From an uncultured Acidimicrobiaceae bacterium (GTDB taxonomy: Bacteria > Actinomycetota > Acidimicrobiia > Spongiisociales > ZC4RG35): a DNA stretch of 64,000 nucleotides. The first letter of the stretch is position 1; the number at the start of each line of letters is the position of its first letter. Below are positions 56,120 through 64,000 of this stretch, piece by piece. The DNA lies in assembly GCA_964454615.1 (NCBI GenBank), contig CAYVTP010000001.1, forward strand, positions 3,070 through 67,069, read 5' to 3'. The translations under genes were made by a program, and so were the position numbers. The notes below the pieces were generated by a model, which saw nothing but the letters and a program-made list of their open reading frames with translations, did no database searches and was not told where the DNA came from.

Positions 56120-59100
56120 CACCCGGTCGTGTCTCCGCAGGTGAGGCAGACGTAGCAGTTTCCGTTGCGGATGGTCATGTGGCCGCAGTTTGAGCATGCG
56201 GGCGCATCACCCATGTTCTCTCTCAGGGCCAGATCAGCCGCATTGGTCTTGGTGACCGTCATCGAGGCGGTGGCAACAGTCGCGGAGTAGGTGAGAGACG
56301 AGCTCGCTTCGCTCGCACCCCCCTCGCCCGGACTCCGTCCGTGCGGTCCCCCCACGAGTGGGGGGACACTGCCCGCTTCACTCGCACCCCCCTCGCCCGG
56401 ACTGCGTCCAGAAGGAACACCAACCGACTCGACCCCGCCGTTGGGGGAGTCGACGAAATCGGCCGCACTCTGCAGGGCGTCGATGTCGATCTCGGCGACA
56501 GCCTCCTCGAGGGTGGCTTGCACCCCGGCCTCCACAGCCAGACCCTTGGGCGGCTCGGGGAGCTCCCGGTCGGGTGGCACCTGGGCTAGCTCATCACGCT
56601 CCAGGTACTCCACACCCAGGGCCCGGAACACGTAGTCGATGATCGAGTTGGCCATCTTGATGTTGGGGTGGCCTTCGACCATGCCCCTCGGCTCGAAGGT
56701 CTGGAAGGTGAAGGTGTCGACGAACTCGTCGAGCGGCACCCCGTACTGGAGACCCTTCGACACCGCGATGGCGAAACAGGAGAGAATCCCCTTCAGGGTC
56801 GCACCCTCCTTGGCGAGGTCGATGAAGATCTCGCCAAGAGTCCCGTCGTCGTACTCGCCCGTGCGGAGGTATACCTTGTGGCCACCTACACGTGCCTCCT
56901 GGTTGAAGCCGTGTCGCTTGGCGGGGAGCAGGAACCTCGGGGGCTGCAGACCCTGTGCGTATGCCTGGGTCGGGGAGAGCCCCTTGGGCAGGTTGCCCCA
57001 GTGGATCGCCTTCTCGGCCTCGACCGCGGTGGTCACCGCAGCGTCCTCCTCCTCACTGTCCTCGCCCTCGTCGGCAGTGGAGTTGAGCGGCTGAGCCGCC
57101 TTCGACCCGTCCCGGTAGATGGCCATCGCCTTCAACCCCAGCTCCCATGAGGTGTGATACGCCTCTGCAATCTCCTCGACGGTGATCTCGTTGGGCATGT
57201 TGATCGTCTTCGATATCGCACCCGAGATGAACGGTTGTGCCGCAGCCATCATCTGGATGTGGCCGTTGTGGTGGATGAACCGCTTCCCGTACTTGCCGTT
57301 CTTGTTGGCGGTGTCGAACACGGGCAGGTGCTCGTCCTTGATGTGTGGTGCGCCTTCGATGGTCTGGCGGCCACAGATGTGGTCGTTGGCCTCGTTGATC
57401 TGAGCCGAGGTGAACCCCAACTCCTTGAGGAGGTTGAAGTCCCATGCCGTGTATGCGTCGGGTGTCAGACCGATCCTCTGCAGGGTGTCCTCGCCGAAGG
57501 TGAACACGTTGAAGGCGTGCTTCAGTTCGAACACCGATGGCAGGACCTTCTCCAGCTTCTCCAGGTCGGACTCGTCGAAGCCCTTCGCCAGCAACGACTC
57601 CCGGTTGATGTGGGGTGCCCCGTCGACCGAGCTGGTTCCGACTATGTACCGGACCACTTCCATGATCTGGTCGTTGGAATATCCAAGGTTTCGCAGCGCC
57701 GGGGTGACTGACTGGTTGACGATCTTGAAGTAGCCGCCACCGGCCAGCTTCTTGAATTTGACCAGGGCGAAGTCGGGCTCCACCCCGGTGGTGTCGCAGT
57801 CCATCAGGAGCCCGATGGTGTTGTGCGACACGAACCCGTTGGCCACGTAGGTCACGTTGTCCGGCACCGACAGGTCAAAGGTCAGTTCCTCTTCACCCAG
57901 CTCGGCCGTGGTGACCCGGTCATAGAAGAAGCCGAGCAGGTGCCCGAGTTCGGTGTCCCCGGTCCGGTCCAACAACTCCTGAGCCGACCGACGGGAGACC
58001 ATGCCTGTGCGGCTCAATGCCATCAGCATCGTCTTTCTGAGGGCATCGTTCTCGGGGGCCAGACGGTCGACCAAATGCCTGGTCACCGGCACCCAGTCCA
58101 TCTTCGACGCCTGACGGGTGGTGATGGCCTGGACCGCTGCGTTCTTGCGGTCGCTCATGAAGCCGACCGAGTCGGTCCACAGCTGCCCGTATGACAGGTT
58201 GAGCACACGGAGTACTGCCAGCGGCGACCCGCCCCAACCAGTTGTGTCGAGCTTTCTGGTCGTGGGGATACCCATCGCAAGCAGGAGCGTCTGCACGTCG
58301 TGGGAGAACTCGATCGAGGTCGTTGACCATGTCGGGTAACCACCGTGATGGACAGAGCCGTCCGCTTCGAACAGTCCCCGAAGGAACGCCGAGTAGACCT
58401 CGGGATCGTTGCTGTGGAGCACCGCATCGGGAATGTGGGGGTGCCATCCCTTGCCGGTGTGTCCTTCTCGTGGAGCGACCTTGGCGAACCCGGAAGCTTC
58501 CCACCACAGGGTGAGGGGGACCGAGTGGAACGCCACTTCGTTGTATCCCGTCTGCTCGGTGACGTGGGCTTCCAGGCCGAACAGTTCTTTACCCAGGAAC
58601 GACAGCCGCTCGACGACGTCGAGGTCTTCGGCTGCGACGGCCATCCGGATGCCCTTGGCATGCAGAGAGCCATCGCCCATGAAGTAGCCGACGAACTCGG
58701 CCAACTCGGGGGTAACAGTCTTCGGGACTCGCGTCGAGAAGTCGCCGGTCCAGTGCATCTCACCAAGTGGCGGGAGTTGCACCACCTGTGGCTCGCCAAT
58801 CAACTGGTTCAGCTGGAGTGGCACGAGATCGTCGGCCGTGATCTGGGCAAAGCGCTTCCACTCCCAGGTGCCATCGCGCTGGACCACCCTGATCCGGTGA
58901 GTAGGGGTCCCCTTGATCCGGTAGCCACGGCTGGTCTCAACCGTGACCACTGGTTCGACACCATTGATGTAGAACTGCGAGGCGTTCCGAGGTCCTTCAT
59001 CGGTGGCGACGTCAATACCGAGGTCCTGCCATTCTTCGCCGTTGGCATCACCCAGCGAATTGAGCCGGACAAGACCACGCTCGGTCGGGATCAGAGAACC

Positions 59101-60900
59101 TCCAGCGAGGCACCCGGTGGGAGCGATAACGCTCTCCTGACCGTTCCGGTAGCCGTACTTCTCGCCGAGTTCCAACGCGAGGTCCCACGACTGTCTTGCT
59201 GCGTCGAGCATGTCAGACGGGCAGTAGTCAGGGTCCAACCCCACCACTGTGTGGCTAACGCCCTCGTAGGTTTCGTCGTTGTATGCAGCCCGACGGTGGT
59301 TACGCATAACGCGGAGCATCGCGTCTCGGTTCTCCTCATACTTCGGGAAAGGGCCGACCACGCTTGCGATCTCGGCCGACGTGGCGTACCCAAACCCAGT
59401 CAGGACGGCGGAGAGTGCACCGGCGATCGTCCTTCCCTCGTTGGAGTCGTAGGCGATGCCCTGACGCATAAGCAGAGATCCCAGGTTGGCGTAGCCGAGG
59501 CCGAGTGGTCGATAGTCGTATGACCCTTGTGCGATCTCCGCCGACGGGAAATGAGCCATGGCGACCGAGATCTCTAGAACGATGGTCCACAGTCTTACTG
59601 CATGCTTGTAGGCCTCGATGTCGAAGACACCCGATGTGTCATCGTAGAAACGGACCAGATTGATCGATGCCAGGTTGCAGGCAGTGTCGTTGAGGTAGAC
59701 GAATTCTGAACACGGGTTGGACGCGTAGATCTTTCCTCCAGCCGGGCTCGTGTGCCACTCATTGATGGTGGTGTCGAACTGGATGCCAGGATCGGCGCAG
59801 GCCCATGCGGCATCGGCGATCTTCTGCCACAAGTCACGTGCCTTGATGGTCTTTCGGACTGCACCGTCGGTTCGGTTGGTCAATGCCCAGTCGCCGTCGT
59901 CGAGGACGGCCTGAACAAACTCGTTGGTGACCCTCACCGAGTTGTTCGAGTTCTGACCCGAGACCGTGGCGTAGGCCTCGCCGTTGAAGTCTGCCGGGTA
60001 CCCACCATGCTGAATGAGGATTCGGGCCTTCTCCTCCTCGACCTTCTTCCACTCGATGAACTTCTCGATGTCCGGGTGATCGACGTCGAGGATGACCATC
60101 TTGGCGGCACGGCGTGTGGTGCCACCCGACTTGATCGCACCCGCAGCACGGTCCCCGATCTTGAGGAAAGACATGACTCCGGAGGACTTGCCACCACCAG
60201 AGAGACGCTCGTTCTCGCCCCGGATCTCGGAGAAGTTGGAGCCGGCACCGGAGCCGAACTTGAAGATCCGCGCCTCACGCAGCCAAAGGTCCATGATCCC
60301 ACCGGGGTTCACCAGATCGTCCTTGGCCGAGAGTATGAAACAGGCATGCGGGGCAGGGCGGCTGTAGGAGTCGGGTGAGGAGGTCAGTTCCTCGGTCTCG
60401 CTGTCCACGTACCAGAAGCCCTGGGCGGGCCCTTCGAGTCCGTAGGCGAAGTTGAGACCGGTGTTGAACCACTGAGGGGAGTTGGGCGACGCCATCTGGT
60501 TGGCGAGCATGAACTTGAGCTCGTCCTCGAACGCCTGGGCGTCCTCGGTCGAGGCGAAGTAGCCCTCGCGCTCGCCCCAGTGGCGCCAGGTCCCGGCGAG
60601 ACGATCGAACACCTGCTTGGCGGACTGCTCGGGGCCGAGCACCGGGTTGCCTTTGGCGTCGATTAGCGGGCTGCCTTCGGCGTCGACCTGGGGGACACCG
60701 GCCTTGCGGAAGTACTTGGAGACCATGATGTCGGAGGCCACCTGGCTCCACCCGGCGGGGATCTCGGCCCCGGTCATCTCGAACACCACCGAGCCGTCGG
60801 GATTGGAGATCTTCGAGTCGCGGTAGGACCACTCGAAACTGTCGTAGGGGTCGGCCCCTGCCTGGGTGAAGCGGCGGTTGATCCGCAGGCCTTCGCTCAT
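56113..60900 (-). CDS. nrdJ: adenosylcobalamin-dependent (class II) ribonucleotide reductase NrdJ, intein-containing, with C-terminal Zn-ribbon
   Basis: Class II RNR catalytic core (active-site Cys regions NPCSEF..., thiyl loop). C-terminal CSNCGH...CYVCLTCG zinc finger. GGAGGAGG SD. The 1595 aa include a 431-aa intein. Confidence 0.9.
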   Translation of the reverse strand: MSEGLRINRRFTQAGADPYDSFEWSYRDSKISNPDGSVVFEMTGAEIPAGWSQVASDIMVSKYFRKAGVPQVDAEGSPLIDAKGNPVLGPEQSAKQVFDRLAGTWRHWGEREGYFASTEDAQAFEDELKFMLANQMASPNSPQWFNTGLNFAYGLEGPAQGFWYVDSETEELTSSPDSYSRPAPHACFILSAKDDLVNPGGIMDLWLREARIFKFGSGAGSNFSEIRGENERLSGGGKSSGVMSFLKIGDRAAGAIKSGGTTRRAAKMVILDVDHPDIEKFIEWKKVEEEKARILIQHGGYPADFNGEAYATVSGQNSNNSVRVTNEFVQAVLDDGDWALTNRTDGAVRKTIKARDLWQKIADAAWACADPGIQFDTTINEWHTSPAGGKIYASNPCSEFVYLNDTACNLASINLVRFYDDTSGVFDIEAYKHAVRLWTIVLEISVAMAHFPSAEIAQGSYDYRPLGLGYANLGSLLMRQGIAYDSNEGRTIAGALSAVLTGFGYATSAEIASVVGPFPKYEENRDAMLRVMRNHRRAAYNDETYEGVSHTVVGLDPDYCPSDMLDAARQSWDLALELGEKYGYRNGQESVIAPTGCLAGGSLIPTERGLVRLNSLGDANGEEWQDLGIDVATDEGPRNASQFYINGVEPVVTVETSRGYRIKGTPTHRIRVVQRDGTWEWKRFAQITADDLVPLQLNQLIGEPQVVQLPPLGEMHWTGDFSTRVPKTVTPELAEFVGYFMGDGSLHAKGIRMAVAAEDLDVVERLSFLGKELFGLEAHVTEQTGYNEVAFHSVPLTLWWEASGFAKVAPREGHTGKGWHPHIPDAVLHSNDPEVYSAFLRGLFEADGSVHHGGYPTWSTTSIEFSHDVQTLLLAMGIPTTRKLDTTGWGGSPLAVLRVLNLSYGQLWTDSVGFMSDRKNAAVQAITTRQASKMDWVPVTRHLVDRLAPENDALRKTMLMALSRTGMVSRRSAQELLDRTGDTELGHLLGFFYDRVTTAELGEEELTFDLSVPDNVTYVANGFVSHNTIGLLMDCDTTGVEPDFALVKFKKLAGGGYFKIVNQSVTPALRNLGYSNDQIMEVVRYIVGTSSVDGAPHINRESLLAKGFDESDLEKLEKVLPSVFELKHAFNVFTFGEDTLQRIGLTPDAYTAWDFNLLKELGFTSAQINEANDHICGRQTIEGAPHIKDEHLPVFDTANKNGKYGKRFIHHNGHIQMMAAAQPFISGAISKTINMPNEITVEEIAEAYHTSWELGLKAMAIYRDGSKAAQPLNSTADEGEDSEEEDAAVTTAVEAEKAIHWGNLPKGLSPTQAYAQGLQPPRFLLPAKRHGFNQEARVGGHKVYLRTGEYDDGTLGEIFIDLAKEGATLKGILSCFAIAVSKGLQYGVPLDEFVDTFTFQTFEPRGMVEGHPNIKMANSIIDYVFRALGVEYLERDELAQVPPDRELPEPPKGLAVEAGVQATLEEAVAEIDIDALQSAADFVDSPNGGVESVGVPSGRSPGEGGASEAGSVPPLVGGPHGRSPGEGGASEASSSLTYSATVATASMTVTKTNAADLALRENMGDAPACSNCGHMTIRNGNCYVCLTCGDTTGCS
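56290..56410. repeat. near-perfect ~36-bp direct repeat inside the nrdJ C-terminal linker
   Basis: GCTTCGCTCGCACCCCCCTCGCCCGGACTCCGTCC and GCTTCACTCGCACCCCCCTCGCCCGGACTGCGTCC encode the duplicated peptide GRSPGEGGASEA. Confidence 0.75.
57820..59112 (-). mobile_element. intein with LAGLIDADG homing-endonuclease domain inserted in NrdJ (residues 597-1027)
   Basis: Begins Cys (APTG|CLAGGSLIPT) and ends ...GFVSHN followed by +1 Thr (TIGLLMD). Two LAGLIDADG motifs (FVGYFMGDGSLH, LRGLFEADGSVH). The flanking extein residues rejoin into a contiguous RNR sequence. Confidence 0.8.
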
Positions 60901-60983
60901 CTGTAGTGCCTCCTCCGCACTCGACCCCGGGGAGATTGATCCGGGGAAAGTCTCGATTTCAAAAGCCGCCTAAACGACTCCAA

Positions 60984-60999
60984 CCACAAGATGTTGTGG
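60984..60999. promoter_or_regulatory. candidate NrdR box 1 upstream of nrdJ
   Basis: CCACAAGATGTTGTGG is a palindrome matching the NrdR consensus acaCwAtATaTwGtgt at ~11/16 positions, ~90 bp upstream of the nrdJ ATG. Confidence 0.5.
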
Positions 61000-61014
61000 T
61001 CTGCGGGGAAGTGT

Positions 61015-61030
61015 CCACTACATCTGGTAT
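61015..61030. promoter_or_regulatory. candidate NrdR box 2 (tandem, 31 bp centre-to-centre from box 1)
   Basis: CCACTACATCTGGTAT is a weaker match. The spacing is typical of tandem NrdR boxes. Confidence 0.35.
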
Positions 61031-61309
61031 GGACTTCAGCAATGTAATTACACGTTTGTCAGGAGTCAAGTACCAGTTGCCGCAGGCCCGAAGACGCACC
61101 CGCGACAGACGTCTGCCGCTCTGTGGGGAAGCGAGCGCTCCTGGCACTCGGGGAAGCGGAGAGGACTCTAACTGCCATGTCTCCCGACCGTACCGGGGCA
61201 CGCCGACAGATTTTCGCGACCGGTCGACTCACCGTCGTAGCGGGCCACCCGGTGCGCCAGCCGAACTGGATCGCCGCGGCCCCCTCCCCCATGAGATACT
61301 CAATCCCCC

Positions 61310-62287
61310 ATGCCAGGAAAGAAGCCTCCGGTCAAAGAGGAGCCAAAACGCATCTTCGTCAAAATGGTCTTCCTGGCCAGCCTGGTCACCGCCGCCGGCC
61401 TGTTGATATGGAACGCCAGCATCGGGCAGCGGATCGATCTCACTGAGACCGCCAGCGCGGGCAATCTGGGGCTCGACCCGGATGTCTTCGTGGACGTAGA
61501 CGGCCTCCAGGTCTACGTGGTCGGAAGGACCGGGGGGGAAGTCCCGGTGGTGCTGTTGCATGACCTCGATGTGTCCGGGAGCGTCACCATGGACGGGCTG
61601 GTCGAGTCGGCGCCGCCCGCAGCCCGGGTCCTGACCGTCGACCTGCCCGGTTTCGGCCTCACCACCCGGACTCCCGAGGCGGGCCCTGCCCACACTGTCG
61701 CAGCAATGGGAAGGACGATCGCCAGCGTCATAGAGCAGAGGCTCCAGCCACCGGTGGTGATCGCGGGAGTGGGGCTGGGTGGCGAGGTGGCGGCCGAGGT
61801 AGCAGCCACCAGACCCGACCTGGTCAGGGGGGTGCTGCTCGTCGACGTCGACTTCTGGAGCCAGGACACATGGCGGGAACGATCCCAGCGGCTGCCCGTG
61901 CTGGGCACCGCGATGACCTTCCTGTATGAGACATCCGGCTACATGTCCCTCCGGACGTGGGCCCCACACTGCGGCGATGGAGGATGGTGCCCGACCCCGG
62001 ACCAGCAGGCACGGAGGCAGGTGACTGTCACGATCGCCAACTCGACCCGCTCGATCAATGCCTTCCGGCATACGCCGAGGTCATCGTTCGTCCCCGACGA
62101 TCTGGATCGGATCGAGGCCCCGGTGATCTACGTCTGGAGCGCAAATGGGGCTGTTCCGGACGGCTCGGTAGCTCTGATCGCCAACCGGATCGAGGGGATG
62201 GAGTTGGTGGAGGTCGACGCCTTCCAGGCCCACCTCGAACAACCAGCCGTGCTGGCGCAGGCAATCGCCAGGTTGGTCGATCGCTAG
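61310..62287 (+). CDS. alpha/beta-fold hydrolase
   Basis: N-terminal TM anchor, HGxxxS-like nucleophile region (GVGLGGEVA), C-terminal His. Confidence 0.65.
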   Translation: MPGKKPPVKEEPKRIFVKMVFLASLVTAAGLLIWNASIGQRIDLTETASAGNLGLDPDVFVDVDGLQVYVVGRTGGEVPVVLLHDLDVSGSVTMDGLVESAPPAARVLTVDLPGFGLTTRTPEAGPAHTVAAMGRTIASVIEQRLQPPVVIAGVGLGGEVAAEVAATRPDLVRGVLLVDVDFWSQDTWRERSQRLPVLGTAMTFLYETSGYMSLRTWAPHCGDGGWCPTPDQQARRQVTVTIANSTRSINAFRHTPRSSFVPDDLDRIEAPVIYVWSANGAVPDGSVALIANRIEGMELVEVDAFQAHLEQPAVLAQAIARLVDR

Positions 62288-62787
62288 GCGGGCTCCACCT
62301 TCCATCCGCGTGACCGGAGCTCGTCGGCGAGGATCCCATCGGGAAGGTGGGAGAGATCGATAGCGGTGTCCGATCCGAGGCAGCGTTCGATCGGGTCCCG
62401 AAGCGTCCGGGCCCATGCCCGACCTCGGGCTTCGGCCTCGAGGGTTAGGGTCGAGTCGGCGTTGACCGTGTAGACCCGGGCCATGATCTGGGGGTTGGCC
62501 CGCGAGCCCCGCTCGCCGTAGACCAGGAGGACCCCTCCAGCGGGTAGGTCCTGTATTCCACCAACATCGACGAACGAGCCCTCGAATGCCCAGCCGGAGC
62601 TCCTTGCGGTGTCGACCGACTCGACCAGCTTTGCCCAGTTCTTGTGGCGCTCATCGCCGGCGAGGGGGACGTCGACAGGCACCAGTACCTTCTCACCCAT
62701 ACGAAGAGGGTAAGGCATTTCGGACGCGCCGGGGACTCGGCCACGTAGGCTCTGGTCTATGGTCAAGCCTGCATGCCGCGCAGACAC
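62284..62787 (-). CDS. hypothetical protein
   Basis: 167 aa; coding-like composition; no family recognised. Start uncertain. Confidence 0.4.
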   Translation of the reverse strand: MSARHAGLTIDQSLRGRVPGASEMPYPLRMGEKVLVPVDVPLAGDERHKNWAKLVESVDTARSSGWAFEGSFVDVGGIQDLPAGGVLLVYGERGSRANPQIMARVYTVNADSTLTLEAEARGRAWARTLRDPIERCLGSDTAIDLSHLPDGILADELRSRGWKVEPA

Positions 62788-62849
62788 AACCGCCCCTGGC
62801 TGGAGGGCCTTCTGTGACCGGGCGTAGCCAACCCGTGGCTGCGGCCACC

Positions 62850-63587
62850 ATGAACCCCATGAGCCTGGTTCCCCTGGCCCTGCTCGTCGTGGCGGTGTTT
62901 GCCAACCTGCAGTCGGCCGAGCTGTGGGCAGCCTTCCTGGTGGCCGCCGCCGGGCTCTGGTCCGTCGACCTTCGCTCCTCCCTCGAATCCAGAGGGAAGA
63001 TCTTCGCCCCGCTAGCCGTCACCACAGCCGCAGCGGCAGGGACCCTGGCGGCTCACAGCCTCGGGGGAACCGGATACGGGCTGGCCGTTGCCCTCGCCGT
63101 GGCGGTCTGTCTGGGATGGGCCGTCGCCTTCCGGGAGTACCGCAAGGTCGATGTCTTCGCTCCCACGATGCTCGTCGGCCTTCTCGCCGCGGTCGGGGCT
63201 GCCTCCCTGATGCTGACGAGGTCTGCTGCCAGCCCCGACCCCCAGGCCGTCGACGTCTTCCTGGTGGCCGTCGTCGCCGGCGTGGTAGCCGGCTCCGTGG
63301 TCTCACGGATGCCAGCGGTGCCGTTCCTCGACCCGTTCTCCGCAACCGCACTGGTGGCAGTTTTCTCTGCCCTGGTGGCGGCAATGGTCTGGGACCTGGA
63401 CGTGGTCGGCTACCTACTCGTAGGCATCGGAGTGGCAGTGGCCCTCATCGCCGGGACCGGTCTGTCCAGCATGATTCGCACCGGGCGGGTGCGTCTCACG
63501 GTGCGGCCTCTGGGGCTGGTGCCTTCGCTCGACGGGATCGTCCTGGCCGCTGCCATCTACTACCCGCTGATCCGGGTCATCCTCTAG
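62850..63587 (+). CDS. hypothetical polytopic membrane protein
   Basis: Start MNPMSLVPLALLVVAV (ATG 62850); 6-7 TM. Confidence 0.5.
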   Translation: MNPMSLVPLALLVVAVFANLQSAELWAAFLVAAAGLWSVDLRSSLESRGKIFAPLAVTTAAAAGTLAAHSLGGTGYGLAVALAVAVCLGWAVAFREYRKVDVFAPTMLVGLLAAVGAASLMLTRSAASPDPQAVDVFLVAVVAGVVAGSVVSRMPAVPFLDPFSATALVAVFSALVAAMVWDLDVVGYLLVGIGVAVALIAGTGLSSMIRTGRVRLTVRPLGLVPSLDGIVLAAAIYYPLIRVIL

Positions 63588-63641
63588 CCGGAGCGCGGCT
63601 GGCTTCTCCAAAGGCCCGACGGTGGTTAGTCTCTGGGGCGC

Positions 63642-64000
63642 ATGGCTGCCCATAAGGTGATACGCCGCGCCGCTCCTCCACTGGCACTGATGATGATGTT
63701 CGCCCTGCTACCGGCGACGGGCTCGGCGCAGACCACCCGTGCCCAGGTGGATGCCGCCTGTGAAGACTCTCGGGAGCAGCTCGCCGCCTACCGGGCCGCC
63801 CGGACCGAATTCGAAGATGCCGCCATGGCCTACGAGCGTGTCCTTGTTGAAATCGACCGGTTGGAGCGCCAGCAGGCGAGGGTGTCGAACTCGGTGGAGA
63901 TGCACTCCCAGACCTACGAGAGCGTGCAGCGTCAGATCGAACAGCACGCCGTCGAGCTCTACATGCGAGGGGGGTTCACCTCACCAGGGATCATTCTCAG
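63642..64000 (+). CDS. partial: secreted coiled-coil protein (N-terminus resembles cell-wall hydrolase coiled-coil domains)
   Basis: Not in the ORF track because there is no stop within the window. Signal peptide MMMFALLPATGSAQ then a heptad-rich segment similar to the N-terminus of 25850..26998. Runs off the window end. Confidence 0.4.
   Translation, partial: MAAHKVIRRAAPPLALMMMFALLPATGSAQTTRAQVDAACEDSREQLAAYRAARTEFEDAAMAYERVLVEIDRLERQQARVSNSVEMHSQTYESVQRQIEQHAVELYMRGGFTSPGIIL

Noticed and set aside
60901-61309. Possible cobalamin riboswitch in the nrdJ / hydrolase intergenic region (GGCACUCGGGGAAGCGG resembles GCCACUG...GGGAAG)
   Set aside because: No B12 box (AGYCMGGAGACCKGCC) and no conserved GGUG-AA-UCC core; nrdJ is more plausibly controlled by the NrdR boxes.

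Overview
High-GC (~68-70%) actinobacterial-type chromosomal segment, very gene-dense, with many genes whose ends overlap by 1-4 bp and convergent genes sharing stop regions. About 68 protein-coding genes are supportable; no rRNA, tRNA or CRISPR arrays were seen. Most of the window is housekeeping: transketolase, ClpP, MsrA, Maf, Dus, DeoD, HutUG, AzlCD, an NCS2 purine permease, and three ABC-2 exporter sets. The features worth a closer look, roughly in order of interest: (1) A complete nitrous-oxide reductase (nos) cluster on the minus strand at 9506..16006. It has a clade-II-like NosZ with a Sec-type signal peptide, a small type-1 cupredoxin lipoprotein, a NosD beta-helix protein fused to an N-terminal polytopic membrane domain with a His-rich HDGHDHSGHDHSG segment, NosF and NosY, and an Rrf2 [Fe-S] regulator. 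nosL, nosR and cytochrome c are absent. An AT-rich palindrome lies upstream of nosZ. (2) A B12-dependent class II ribonucleotide reductase (NrdJ, 1595 aa) carrying a 431-aa LAGLIDADG intein, preceded by two tandem NrdR boxes. (3) Three copies of a ~160-230 bp structured intergenic element (R1-R3 at ~53959..56119). Each has two tandem 22-bp units with a 12-mer core (CACTCKCATTCC), a CAGCTGATGAG motif and a terminal hairpin, and each follows one of three consecutive minus-strand genes (nrdJ, an APH-family kinase, a lipoprotein). (4) A family of ~33-bp REP/MITE-like palindromic repeats (CCTTAGGATTGGNCGGCCANATNTGGCCG), five copies. One inverted pair flanks a DUF559/AbiEi-like gene and another pair forms a composite hairpin. 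(5) An ECF sigma factor translationally coupled to an MGMT-Ada_Zn fusion (a domain-permuted Ada). (6) A Phd/VapC toxin-antitoxin pair. (7) An NHEJ LigD polymerase domain and an ATP-dependent ligase split by a four-gene ABC transporter. (8) ChrA divergent from a large AAA-LuxR regulator. Many long ORFs on the opposite strand of real genes are GC-skew artefacts.
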